A stretch of 64,000 nt of DNA, taken from positions 7,626,001 through 7,690,000 of the forward strand of contig JAQFVV010000008.1 of the NCBI GenBank assembly GCA_028023455.1, written 5' to 3'. Each line of letters starts with the position of its first letter. Position 1 is the first letter of the stretch. Of this stretch, positions 1-12,566 are shown piece after piece. A program made the position numbers and the translations under genes. The DNA comes from Epiperipatus broadwayi. Taxonomy: Eukaryota; Animalia; Onychophora. The notes beneath the pieces are model-generated. The model did no database searches, was not told the origin of the DNA, and was given only the letters and a program-made list of their open reading frames with translations.

Positions 1-329
1 ACCTCATGTAAACTAGTAAATTGACCAAAAAATAAAAATATTAAATTCAGCTAATTTTAAAAATAATTGTAAAAAATTCAAATTTTATCCAGTATCGATG
101 TAAGATATATCATTTGAAAGGTGATAGGAAGGAGCATTGAATGCTGGGATTTCTGTTGATGTCATGTTTATAGTTTTTATGTAATTTTAAAAAAAAAGCA
201 AAATTTCAAACAATCACCTGAAGCGAATGGTTGACCCGCTCCAATCACTCGAGCTGTTAAAGGAATTTGTTTTAATTGAATCATTAAAATAAATTTAATA
301 TGTGATATAGAAAAAGTAAATGTAACTCA

Positions 330-850
330 GGAGATTGATGAGATTGTGCATTATAGGCAATTGGAGGTAAAGGATTACGACTTTCATTTTGCTATTAGAT
401 GTATTTTCTGATATCAGTTGACTTCAAGTATTGGCTTTTGAAGAGCATTTTGAAAATGTCTTCTCAGCTCATCAACAACCATGAGTGTAATGATTATTTC
501 TATAAGTAAAAAATGCAATAGTGCTATGAGTTTGTTAAACTGAATGCTTATAGTAGAATTTATTGATAACAGTGGTACTGGCTCTGCTAATTCACCTAAA
601 GATTCAAAATTGTATGCTCTCAAATAATTGTTATTGATTGTGATCTAGTTGTAATATATTCATTTCTTTTTTTAAAAAAAGAATTATTGTCACAAATCAT
701 ATATTGTTTTGGAACATATCTCACTTAACATAAAAGTTGTTAAGATTGTAACAATTACTTGAAAACAACTTTTTTGAATTTTTAAATGGATTACCAGGAC
801 TTGTTTTGTTAAGGGTATGTCTGCTTCCATTGAAATAATCTTGAAAACCA
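330..850 (-). mobile_element. Old LINE-like fragment related to 6320-6680
   Basis: Shares blocks (gattgtgcattataggca; tctgcttcca) with 6320-6680; no intact ORF; family and strand are tentative. Confidence 0.35.
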
Positions 851-1605
851 AATTCTATATTATATGAAAGTACTCTGAATAATTACAGAAAGGAGTTTGC
901 TATTAACTGAAAGGAGATCCTTTGATTCCTCTTGGGGCGTTAAAGAAACTGAGCAGAACAAATTTCCTAATGTCCACTCCATACATTCTTGTCGTTGCAG
1001 CTGTTATTACTGTATGATTATTCATATAGTATATGGACATGAGTGGGCTGCTCACCAACACACGTTAGCCAATGTGGTGAGTTTATTGGCTTTTTACCTC
1101 TGAGTTTTAAGATCAAGAGATACCATAGTCCTTCTTCTCACTTGCCTGATAAGGCAGAATGAATGTATGTATAAATGATAAATATTTTTCCAATAGATAT
1201 ATACAATCATGATAGACAAAAATAAATCATGACCCTTATTCGCAGGAGGCTGTAAAGTCACCAACCAAGGCAGCAGTTGGTGGCTGAAGGCAGAGGGTGT
1301 TAAGAATGCCCTAATTGTGGATCCAGGCTGCCATTTGACAATGACTTTTTATTTAGGTATTTACAACTGCAGATCACTTTCAAGTGAAGGAACAGTGCAA
1401 GACTTAGAAGAACTCTCTTATATTGGATGGCACATTGTTAGAAGAAAAGATGAAGAGACTTGATTTAAAAAGTGGACTTGTACACTACTATAAAGGCACA
1501 AATATTGGACATACAAGTGGAGGATTCATTGTAAATAAAAAGTGGAAGAACAACCACATGGAGATGGATGGTGTATTGGACAGAGTGGCAAGATTAGTTA
1601 TACAA

Positions 1606-2726
1606 TAAACATCACATGATCACCATTTTCTATGCTTGCTTGTAACTTATTAAAACAGGCAAAACTATACTTATTGCCACTCAGTACAAGCCAGAGTAAT
1701 CAATGTATGCCAGAAGGCTTGTGCATAAAATCCCCATCATCCAATATCCCCAGACTAGTTTTTGGCTTGTGGCATTCATCAGTGAGGAGCCTTGGATCTG
1801 AGAGCACTGCACCTAGAGCTTAGCATCTAATGCAACTCTCCAGCAGCCACCTTTTATCTCTACTAACTACAAAACTATGAGTCTTAAATTGAAAACACTA
1901 ATATTTTCAGTCCAAGCTCATTAGCTTATATAGTCATATAGGTCTGAACTCAGTTCAGTACCTATACATTTTGGTGACTTTCGTTCTTTAATAACCATAC
2001 CCACCACTATCCTATTAGGCAGGATTGGTTTTAAGCCAATAAACATCACATGATCACCATTTCCTATGCTTGCTTATAACTGTTATTAAAACGCAAAATT
2101 CTCTATACGTATTGCCACTCAGTGCAAGTCAGAGTAATCAATGGATGCCAGAAGGTTTGTGTATAAAATTCCCATCTAGTCATTTTATGTACAAGCCTTC
2201 TGGCATGCTTTGATTACTCTGGCTTGCATTAAGTGGTAATACATATAGGGAGTTTTGCCTGTTTTAATAACAGTTATAAGCAAGCATAGGAAATGATGAT
2301 CATGTGATGTTTATAGGCTTAAAACCAATCCTGCCTAATAGGATAGCGATGGCTATGGTTATTAAAGAACCAAAGTCATCAAAATATATAGGTACTGAAC
2401 TGAGTTCAGACTTATATGACTATATAACCTAATGAGTTTGGATTGAAAATATTACAGTGTTTTAATTTAAGACTCATAGTCTTGTAGTTAAGTATAGATA
2501 AAAGGTGGCTGCTGGAGGGTTGCCTTAGATCCTAAGATCTAGGTACAGTGCTCTTAGATCCAAAGCTCCTCACTGACAAAGAGCACACGCCAAAAACTAA
2601 CTAATCTGGGGATATTGGATGAGTAGACACTAGATGGGGATTTTATGCACAAGCCTTCTGGCATCCATTGATTACTTTGGCTTACGCTGAGTGACAATAC
2701 ATATAGAGAGTTTTGCTTCTTTTAAT
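1606..2726. mobile_element. Head-to-head array of a ~434-450-bp non-coding monomer with a degenerate minimal hammerhead motif (retrozyme-like or Penelope pLTR-like)
   Basis: Direct repeat with period 434 (taaacatcacatgatcacc at 1606 and 2040), then an inverted copy 2181-2726. Flanked by a 13-bp duplication ATTAGTTATACAA (1593-1605, 2727-2739) of the host RTE. HHR-like motif at 1747-1788 (-) and 2567-2611 (+). Confidence 0.75.
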
Positions 2727-5073
2727 ATTAGTTATACAACTTAATAGCAGTTACCAAATGCAGATAATTCAGATTTATGCCCCAACAAGTTCTCATAATG
2801 ATTAAGTAATAGATTTTTATATGGATGTATAAAAGGCTTTTGATCTGAGTAAACAATATTTTAAATTGTTATGGAAGACTTTAATGCTAGAATTGGTAAA
2901 CAAATGAAAGATAAAAGTGCATTAGGTAATTTTGGTTATGGTATTAGAAATGAGAGAGGTCATAGACTTGTGGAGTTTGCAGAAAAAGAAAAACTATTTT
3001 ATGAATTCTTTTGTTTTTGAGAAAAATGTTAAAAGGAAATGGACATGGAAGCATGTAAATGAAGATACAGCAAAATTGGATTATATTTTGACTAATAGAA
3101 AATACATATTTCAAGATTGTAACGTTCTTAATAAATTTAACACAGGAAGTGATCATCGATTACTAAGATGTAGGATATATATTAATACAAAAGTAGAGAG
3201 AAAAAAAAATTATTAAGAAAAACAATATTAACAGTTGGTATTTCTAATTTTCAGAAACATTCTAATGAATTTAAATTAGAACTTATAAATTGATTTCAAG
3301 TATTAGTAGATTTTGAACATGATTCAGATTTGAATAAAATTAAGAAAATAGCTGATATACTTTTAATAACTGCAACAAAGATAGCTTATAGAAAGAAGGA
3401 GCAATTGACCAAAAAAATTTCTACTGAGACTAGAGAAATTTATAAAGAAAAGGAATATGAAAATATACAAAAATGATGCATTAAAAAGGATTGAATACCT
3501 TGAATTTTTTTAAATGGTGTGGAAGAGTTGAAAATGATGTAAGAAAGTATAACTGTGAACTAGCAAGGAAAGTTGTAGAAGTCTCTAGTGTGTAAAACAA
3601 CATTCTGGTATTGATAGGAAATTTATATCTGCATTAAGAAACAAAGATGGAATTATTACTAAAAAGAGACATGATATCATGCAATCATTAAAAGACTTCT
3701 ATCAAGAATTATATAGTAATAAAGAACAAGTACCTTCTATATCTATTATATCTTCCGAATTGCCCAGAATTTTAAATGAAAAGAGGTGAGACATGCAATT
3801 AAATTTATGAAGAAAGTAAAAGCTCCAGGTAATGATGGAATTATTATTGATGTATTAAAAGAAGCAGGTGAAGAAATAGAAAAAAATTTAGCAAGATTAT
3901 ATACCAAATGTCTAAAAGATAAAGATGTACCAGATGATTGGAAGAATGCAGTATTAATATTTTAAAAAGGTAATAAAGAAAATATTAGAAATTACAGACC
4001 TATCAGTCTTTTATCAGTTTTATACAAAATTTTTACCAAGATAATTACAACTCGTCTATAGAGAAAATTGGATTTCTACCAACCAAGAGAACAAGCTGGA
4101 TTTTACAGTAGATGATATTCAGGTATTGAGAGAAGTTATAGAAAGATAAATGAATATGAGTTGCCATTATGTTTTGGATTTGTATATTATGAAAAGGCAT
4201 TTGATTCTATAAACATTTTTTCACTGATTAAAGCATTGGATCATCAAGGTATAGATCCAAGATATTGTCATATTTTGAATATAATGCACAGCAACAATTA
4301 GACTACAAATGATACTAGGAAAGTCAACATTGAGAAGGGTGTAAGATAGGGCAACTCCATATTTCCAAAACTTTTTACATCAGTGCTGCAAGAAGTATTT
4401 TGTGAATTAAAATGGGAAGCTAAAGGAGTGAAAGTTAGATGATTATTTTTAGTCATTTAGATTTTGCAGATGATGTAGTTGTTTTTGCAAATAATGCTTT
4501 AGAACTGTAGGAAATGTTGCAGGAGTTATCAGATGAAAGTAGGTCTAAAGATAAATGTTAAAAAGACTAAAGTAGTGTTCATTGGATTTTTTCAAAATAT
4601 GAAAATATTTGATTATGATGAGTTAGAAGAAGTTAGCAGCTACAAATACGTTGGTCAGATTATTAATACAGATGGAAACATAATGGATGAAATTAATCCT
4701 AGAATTAAACTTGGTTGGAGTGTTTTTGGTAGAAATAACTTAATACTAAAAGAAAATATGCCTATGTGTTTGAAAAGGAAGGTTTTTAATATATGTATTT
4801 TATCAGTTCTTATGCATCTGAGACTTGGACACTTGACAGAAGAGGAATACAGAGACTTCAGACCACTCAAAGAAGTATGGAGAGATGCATGTTAGGAGTA
4901 ACTAGAAGAGATCGAGAACAAACGGTGTTTCTTATCTCATTGAAAAAATTAAGACAAGTGGAGTTGGGCTGGACATATTGCTAGATGAGATGATAATAGA
5001 TGGACAATTGAAATCTTAAACTGGATTCTTAAAGAGTTTTTCTGAAGGTTTGTGATGATGGTGTTCTAGCTGT

Positions 5074-5508
5074 ATTTTTATATTGGACTATTTCCATCAT
5101 CTAATATGTGTGTTGAATGTCTTTAGAAAAGTTTAATTTTTTAGTTAAATATTCCAAATGCATTCAACTATTAGTAATATCACAGCAAACAGGTTAATAT
5201 ATGCACCAACTGTAGTAATATCACAGCAAACAAATGTTAGTAATGTCGCAGCAAACAGGTTAGTATATACACAATGTTTCGAGAGGTATTTTTTCCCCGT
5301 TTCTTTAGGTGTATATACTAACCTGTTTGCTGTGATATTACTAACAGTTAGTGCATATACTAACCTGTTTGCTGTGATATTACTAACATTTGTTTGCTGT
5401 GATATTACTAACAGTTGAATGCATTTGGAATATTTAACTAAAAAATTAAACTTTTCTAAAAACATTCAACACACATATTAGATGATGGAAATAGTCCAAT
5501 ATAAAAAT
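5074..5508. mobile_element. Palindromic (fold-back) insertion derived from the 3' part of the HHR-SINE family
   Basis: Arms 5074-5272 and 5309-5508 are near reverse complements (outer ~95 bp almost perfect, internal subrepeats in different order). The 36-nt spacer is a mutated HHR core on the minus strand. The insertion is flanked by a ~15-bp imperfect duplication of the RTE (5021-5035, 5513-5527). Confidence 0.85.
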
Positions 5509-6699
5509 CCTGCTGGATTCCTAGAGATTGTAAAAGACCCAGAAAGAGACTACATGTGAGATGGATGGATGAAATAAGAAAGTGTGCATGGGTGATTTGT
5601 AGAAGAGAAGCTAAAGATCGGAGATGGATTGAATGTGGTGAGACCTTCATCTGCAATGGATTGATAATGGTTGATGATGATGACTAAATAATATTGATAG
5701 ATTTGATAAAAAGTTTTGTTCGTATTGGTGGAACTAGGGAATCTATTGAAATTGGGGAAATAAAAAAAAGTAAGATTAGATACAGAAAATAAGTTGTAAA
5801 AAAATATTTTTTTAAAATGTTTTTATGTAAATAGCCAACTAAAAAGTACAAAATAATAAAAGTAATTCCATCTTGGTTAATTTGCCATTTTTGGAAATTG
5901 CATGAGCCTTTTTCATTTTTATGATTTATTTGAGCCTCAAATGTTTTAATGAAATGACAATATACCTGAAATTTCCAATTGTTTTATAACAAGTCTATAT
6001 TCTTAAGATCTTTTGATATTTCAAAAATGGCAAATGAACCAAGAGAGGATTACTTTGCTATTTACATAAAAGCATTATTTTAAAAAAATCTAATAAAAAT
6101 TATAATTTATCTATTGGTTTTTTAATTAATTAAATCAATATTAACAAAAATTTATTTTATAATGTAATATTTTTGTTGGTTCAGTTGCTAAGGAGTTTTC
6201 TTGGGATCTGTAAGGGTGTTCTAGTTCTAAATGGAGAACTTTTTTATTATTATTATTAATTCAAAAATATGGACAGACAGCAAGGTAATATAAAAGCATT
6301 TAAAATAGATATAACTTAGGGGATTAATTAGATTGTGCATTATAGGCAGAGAATTGCACCTTTAATTTTGGTATTGAGGGTTTTTCATAATATGAAGTGA
6401 CATAATGATTAATTCTTGAAGATGATTTTGGAAAAGATCATCAACCACAAATATGATGGTTGATTAAATCACAAGTGTTAATAGTAAATCGTGCTAATTA
6501 TTTAAAAAATTATGATTTCAAATTGTTGTTATATAGTGACTTAATTGTAATACTTTAATTTTAAAAAGATTAAATTATTGTTAAAATCATACTGTTTTTG
6601 AATGTCTTTCTTAATATAGTTTTTAACTATTTTGATTAGGATAATCTTTGATCTGCTTCCACAGAACTAATTCAAGAAAATAAGTTTCTATAATATATA

Positions 6700-9045
6700 A
6701 AGGCATTCGAAATATAATTTGACAAAAAGATTTTTATTTTGGGAATCCAAGGAATCTTTTCAATTTGCGCCAATAGATAGAATTAAGATTTGATACAGAA
6801 AAAATAGATGTATCTTTGGAAAATTTAATATTGGAATTGGAAAGTGATTAAAAGATGACAATTCTATGGATAAATTTGACTATGGAGTCTGAAATGAGAG
6901 GGAATTCAGATATGTGGAATTTATAGAAAAAAACACTGATTCCTTTGAGAAAAATGTAAATGGATTATGAAGCATCCACATGTAATTAATTACATTGTGA
7001 CTAATAGAAATGTATATTTCAAGATTGTAATATTTTTAATAATTCAGTACAAGAATTGGTCATTAATGAGTAAAATATATAACTAGAAATGTAAAACTAT
7101 TAAGAAAGTCAGTTTTAATAGTTGGTATTTCTAACCTTTAGAAACATTCCAATGGATTTATAAATTAGAACTTGCAAATTGGTGTAAAATATTAAATATA
7201 CTTTGAAGATTGTTAAATTTGATTGAGTCAAGATGATAATTAACATTCTATTTGTAACTGCTGTACAGACAGCTGTACAATAAAAAGCAGTTATTCATTA
7301 ATAAATTTTCAATTAAGATGACAATGTTCAAAGAATAAAATAAATATGTAAAAATGATTCATTAAGAATTGAATATCTAGAATTCTGTAAAATAGTATAA
7401 AAGGTTGCTTTCTTGTATAATTTATAGTTTTATAAGAAAATATAAATGAATTGGTAGGGAAAACTATAGAAGAAAATAAAACTTTCAAGAGTTGATATTG
7501 AAAGAAAAGTTGTTGAGCAGGAAAAAAAAACTATTACTAAAAAGAAGAATGATAGTATGTGGAAAAGTACAACAAAATAACTATATCAATGACAAACAAT
7601 TACTACAAATGAAATTGTCTAAATTGCTTAGCTTTTTAAACCTATGATAAATGGGAAGGAAAATAATTGCATTATTGTCATTCAAAAAGAAGTTGAAGAA
7701 AAAGTATTGGCAAAATTATATACCGAATGTCTAAATCATAAAGATGTATTAGATGATTAGAAAAATGCAATCAACAAAAAGTTTTAAGATAACAGTGCAG
7801 TGCACTTGTGAAGGGTTGAATACTTTTTGTATTACAGTTTGAAATTGCGCTAGTAAATCTATTAGTCAATTGTAATAGTAATATTGATATTTTAAGAAAA
7901 ATGAAGAAATATTAGAAATGAAAGACATTAGTCTTCTATCAGTTGTATATTTGATCTTTACAAAGATAATTATAACTTATATATAGGAAAATTTAGATTC
8001 AAATAAACCAAAAGCATAAACTGTAATTGATTTTATCACATCAATGTATTGAGAGAAGGTATAGAAAATATCAATGAACATGAATTTCATTGTGCTCTTA
8101 ATTTATAGTTTATGAAAACCATTTGAATCTCTGAGCATTTTTAATGATTAAAAATGTGTACTGTTAAGATTCAGATTATCATTTTCTGAAGAATATGTAT
8201 CAGAATGAAACAGCAGTGATTAGATTTTATAGTGTCATTAAGAAGATTAACATTTATAAAGGTGTATGACAAGATGAGAAGTAATTTTATGGATTAAAAT
8301 GGGAAATTAGGGAATAAAAAATAAATGGAGATTATTTAAGTCATTAGATTTTATAAATAATATGGTTATTTTATAAATAATACTTTGGAATTTCAGGAAA
8401 TGTTATAGGAGTTATCATATGAAAGAAAAAATACAACTAGAGATTAATGCTAAAAAGACTAAATTCATGTTTAATCTGTTTTTATAGAAAATAAAATAAA
8501 ATAAAGATTGATAATCATAAATTAAAAGCTAACAATTACTTATACCTTGGTCAGATTATTAATGCATATGAAAACATAATGGATGAAATGATTCGTAGAA
8601 TTACTTTGGATGGAGTGCTTTTGAAATAAATAAGTTAATATTAAAAAGAAATATATTTGTTTTAAAAAGATTTTTAATAATTATGTTTTCTTAGTTCTTA
8701 CATATGGATCTGTGACTTGGATATTTAACAGGAGTATAGAGACTGGATCATATAGCAAAGTATGGGAAAATATATGTTGGACTATTAAAGAGGGATCAAA
8801 AACAAAATATATGGTTGAGAGAATAATTAGGTATCATTTAAAGAAATTAGAGATTGAAATAGGGCTAAATTGCTATAAGTGATAATAATATATAAACAGT
8901 TATCCCAAAATATGATAAAAGACATGGGAAACCATATGTGAGATGGATGGATCAGGAGTTTGATAGGTTTATATGGAGAAAAGGAGCTATGAATCAGAGA
9001 AACTGGCTTAAATTTGGAGAAATCACTGTGCAGTGGATTGATCAT
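6700..9045 (+). mobile_element. Old, heavily decayed RTE-clade LINE
   Basis: Collinear with the younger RTE copies: tttgagaaaaatgtaaa, attgtgactaatagaaa, agtcttctatcagtt, ggtcagattattaat, 3' cagtggattgat. Confidence 0.8.
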
Positions 9046-9417
9046 GTTTAAAAATGATATAAAATTACAGGAATTTATCAGACATATTAAGTCATTTGAT
9101 GTAATTTTTATAAAAAAGTTTGGTTAAGTCCTTCCACTATCATCATTATTTGATCATTTAATGATTTATTGAGACTAGCATTTTTGTTCATTCTTTACTA
9201 GTGATCTTTATTTTGTTCTAATTATGAATACAATTATAAAACATGCTGTAACTTGTTATATAAATACTCTATATAAATTTTGAATATTAATTGTTTATGG
9301 CAGTTCTTGTGTTAAGTTTCATCTTAAAGAATATCTCAAAGATGTAATTTTTTTGTTTTATTTTATTTTTTGCCATATATTAACCTTTTAAAATGCTTTT
9401 CTCTATGATTATGAACT

Positions 9418-12400
9418 ATCATCATCATCACCTATTATCAATTCACTGCAGAATGAAGGTCTCTGCAAGTTCAAACCATTCTCCACATCACCCCTGCACA
9501 CTTTCTTATTTCATCCATCCATCTCACATGTGGTCTCTTTCTGTGTCTTTTACATTCTCTTGGAATCCAGTTTAAGATTTCAATTGTCCATCTATTATCA
9601 TCTCTTCTAGCAATATTTCCAGCCCAACTCCACTTCAGTCTTAATTTTTTCAGTGAGATCAATAACACCTGTTTGTTCTCTTACCCATATATTGTGTTTT
9701 CGACCTCTTCTTCTTACTCCTAACATGCATCTCTCCATACTTCTTTGAGTGGTCTGAAGTCTCTATTTTGCTCTTCTATTAAGTGTCCAAGTCTCAGATC
9801 CATAAGTAAGAACTGGTAAAATACATTTATTAAAAACCTTCCTTTTCAAACACATGGGCATATTTCCTTTTAGTATCAAGTTATTTCTACCAAAAGCACT
9901 CCAACCAAGTTTAATTCTATGATTAATTTCATCGATTATGTTTCCATCTGTATTAATAATCTGACCAAGATATTTGTAGCTGTTAACTTCTAACTCATTA
10001 TAATCAATCATTATTTTCATATTTTGAGAAAATCCATTGGACATTACTTTAGTCTTTTTAACATTTATCTTTAGTCCTACTTTCATCTGATAACAACTAC
10101 ATCATCTGCAAAATCTAAATGACTTAAATAATCTTCATTTACTTTCACCCTTTAATCCACAAAATACTTATTGCAGCAGTGTTGTAAAAGGTTTTGGAGA
10201 TATGGAGTCACCCTGTCTTACACCCTTCTCATTGTTGACTTTCCTAGTACCATTATGTAATCTAATTGTTGTTGTTGCATTTTTATAAATATTCTTCAAA
10301 ATATGACAATATCTTGGATCTATACCTTGATGATCCAATGCTTTAATCACTGAAGAAATGTTTATAGAATCAAATGCCTTTTCATAATCTACAAATCCAA
10401 AGCATAATGGCAACTCGTATTCATTTGTCCTTTCTATAATTTCTCTCAATACCTGGATATGATCTACTGTATTAAAACCACTTTTAAATCTAGCTTGTTC
10501 TCTGGGTGGAAATCCAATGTTTTCTGTAGACGAGTTGTAATTATCTTGGTAAAAATTTTGTATAAAACTGATAAAAGGCTGATAGGTCTGTAATTTTTAA
10601 TATCTTCTTTATCAGCTTTTTTAAATATTAATATTAATACTGCATTCTTTCAATCATCTGGTTCATCTTTATCATTTAGACATTTGGTATATAACGTTGT
10701 TAAAAATTTTTCTATTTTTTCACCTGCTTCTTTTAATATATCAATTACAATTCCATCATTACCTGGAGCCTTTCCTTTCTTCATAAATTTAATTGCATTT
10801 CTCACTTCATTTAAAATTCTGGGCAATTCGGAAGATATAATAGATATAGGAGGTACTTGTTCTTCATTTAAAATGTCTGGGCAATTCGGACGATATAATA
10901 GATATAGGAGGTACTTGTTCTTTATTATTATATAATTTTTGATAGAAGTTTTTTACCCATTTCATGATGTCATCTCTCTTTTTAGTAATAATTCCATCTT
11001 TTTTCCTTATTGCAGATATAAATTTCCTATCAATACCAAAATATTGTTTTACACTCTTGAGACTTTTATTCTCTTTACAGCTTTCCTTGCTAGTTCACAG
11101 TTATATTTTCTTATATCATTTTCAACTTTTATCCACACCATTTTACAGAATTTGAGGTATTCAATCCTTTTTAATGCATCATTTTTGTATATCTTCATAT
11201 TCTTTCTTTTCTTCATTAAATTCTCAGGTCTCAATAGAAATTTTATTGGTCAATTGCTGCTTTTTCTACCAACTATCTTTGTTGCAGTTATTAAAAGTGT
11301 ATCAGTTATTTTCTTATTAATTTCATTCAAATCTGAATCATGTTCAAAATCTATTAATACTTGAAACCGATTTGTAAATTCTAATTTGAATTCATTAGTG
11401 TTTCTGAAGATTAGGAACATCAACTGTAAATATTGTTTTCCTTAATAATTTTTGTCTCTAGTTTTGCATTAACACTTATCTTACATCTTACTAATCAATG
11501 ATTACTTCCTGTGTTAAATTTATTAAAAACATTACAATCTTGAAATATGTATTTTCTGTTTGTCAAAATATAATCCAATTCTGCTGTACCTTCATTTGGA
11601 TGCTTCCATGTCCATTTCCTTTTAACATTTTTCTCAAAAAAAGAATTCATAATATAAAGTTTTTCTTTTTCTGCAAACTCCACAAGTCTATGACCTCTCT
11701 CATTTCTATTACTATAACCAAAATTATCTACTGCAGTACTTTTATCTTTCATTTGTTTACCAATTCTAGCATTAAAGTCTCCCATAACAATTTTAAAATG
11801 TTTACTTAGATTAAAAGCCTTTTGTACATCCATATAAAAATCTTCTACTACTTCATCACTATTAGAATTTGTTCGGGCATAAACCTGAATCATCTGCATT
11901 TGGTATCTGCTATTAAGTTGTATAACTAATCTTGCCACTCTTGTATTTCCGATATTTGTGCCTTTATAATAGAGTATATGTCCACTTTTTAAATCTAATT
12001 GTCTCTTTACCTTTTTTTTTAACTTCACAAAGTCCAGTAATGTCCCATTTAATATAAGACAGTTCTTCTAATTCTTGCAATCTTCCTTCACTTGAAAGTG
12101 ATTTACAGTTGTAAGTACCTAAATAAAAAGTCGTCATCAAATGATAGCCTGGATTCACAATTAGGGGATTCTTAGCACCCTCCGCCTTTGGTCACCAACC
12201 GCTGCCTTGGTTGGTGACTTTACAGCGTCCTGGGAATGAGGGCCATGATTTATTTTTGTCTGTCATGATTGTATATATCTATTGGAAAAATATTTATCAT
12301 TTACACATTCATTCTGCCTTATCAGGCAACTGAGAAGAAAGACCATTGTGTTTTTTGATCTTAAACTCAGGTAAAATGCCAATAAACTCATCTTGCTGGC

Positions 12401-12566
12401 TAATGCATGTTGACGAGCAGCCCATATATGTTCGTATACTATATGAATAATCACAAAGTAATAACAGCTGCAACTACAAGAACGTATGGAGTGGTCATTA
12501 GGAATTTGCCCTGCTCAGTTCCTTTAAGGCCACCAAGAGGAATCAAAGATTTTTCTTTCAGTTAAC
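9418..12566 (-). mobile_element. Near full-length RTE-clade LINE (~3.15 kb), frameshifted
   Basis: Supplied ORFs show EN (YNCKSL, LDYILTN, TGSNH) and RT (FVDYEKAFDS, KGVRQGDSISP, YKYLGQ, VLTYGSETW). (TGA)n tail at 9418-9430. Internal 58-bp tandem duplication at about 10818-10921. Confidence 0.95.

Larger units (their letters stand above)
901..5683 (+). mobile_element. Full-length, decayed RTE-clade LINE interrupted by two insertions (LINE pieces 901-1605, 2727-5035, 5513-5683)
   Basis: 5'UTR shared with the copy at 9418-12566. APE endonuclease motifs (YNCRSL, LDYILTN, TGSDHRL) and RT remnants (RPISLLS, F.DYEKAFDS, LRFADDVV). 3' end ...gcaatggattgataatggt(tga)n. Many stops and frameshifts. 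Confidence 0.93.

Noticed and set aside
897-1103. Conserved small ORF also present at 12263-12454
   Set aside because: The similarity reflects shared RTE 5'UTR ancestry; the two copies differ in length and stop position.
5158-5418. CRISPR-like spaced repeats (ttagtaatatcacagcaaaca)
   Set aside because: Eukaryotic intron; the spacers are themselves repeated and the array is mirror-symmetric; no cas genes.
5145-5465. Paired ORFs on both strands with repeated TANRLVY/TNLFAV peptides
   Set aside because: A by-product of the palindrome and its subrepeats; not protein coding.
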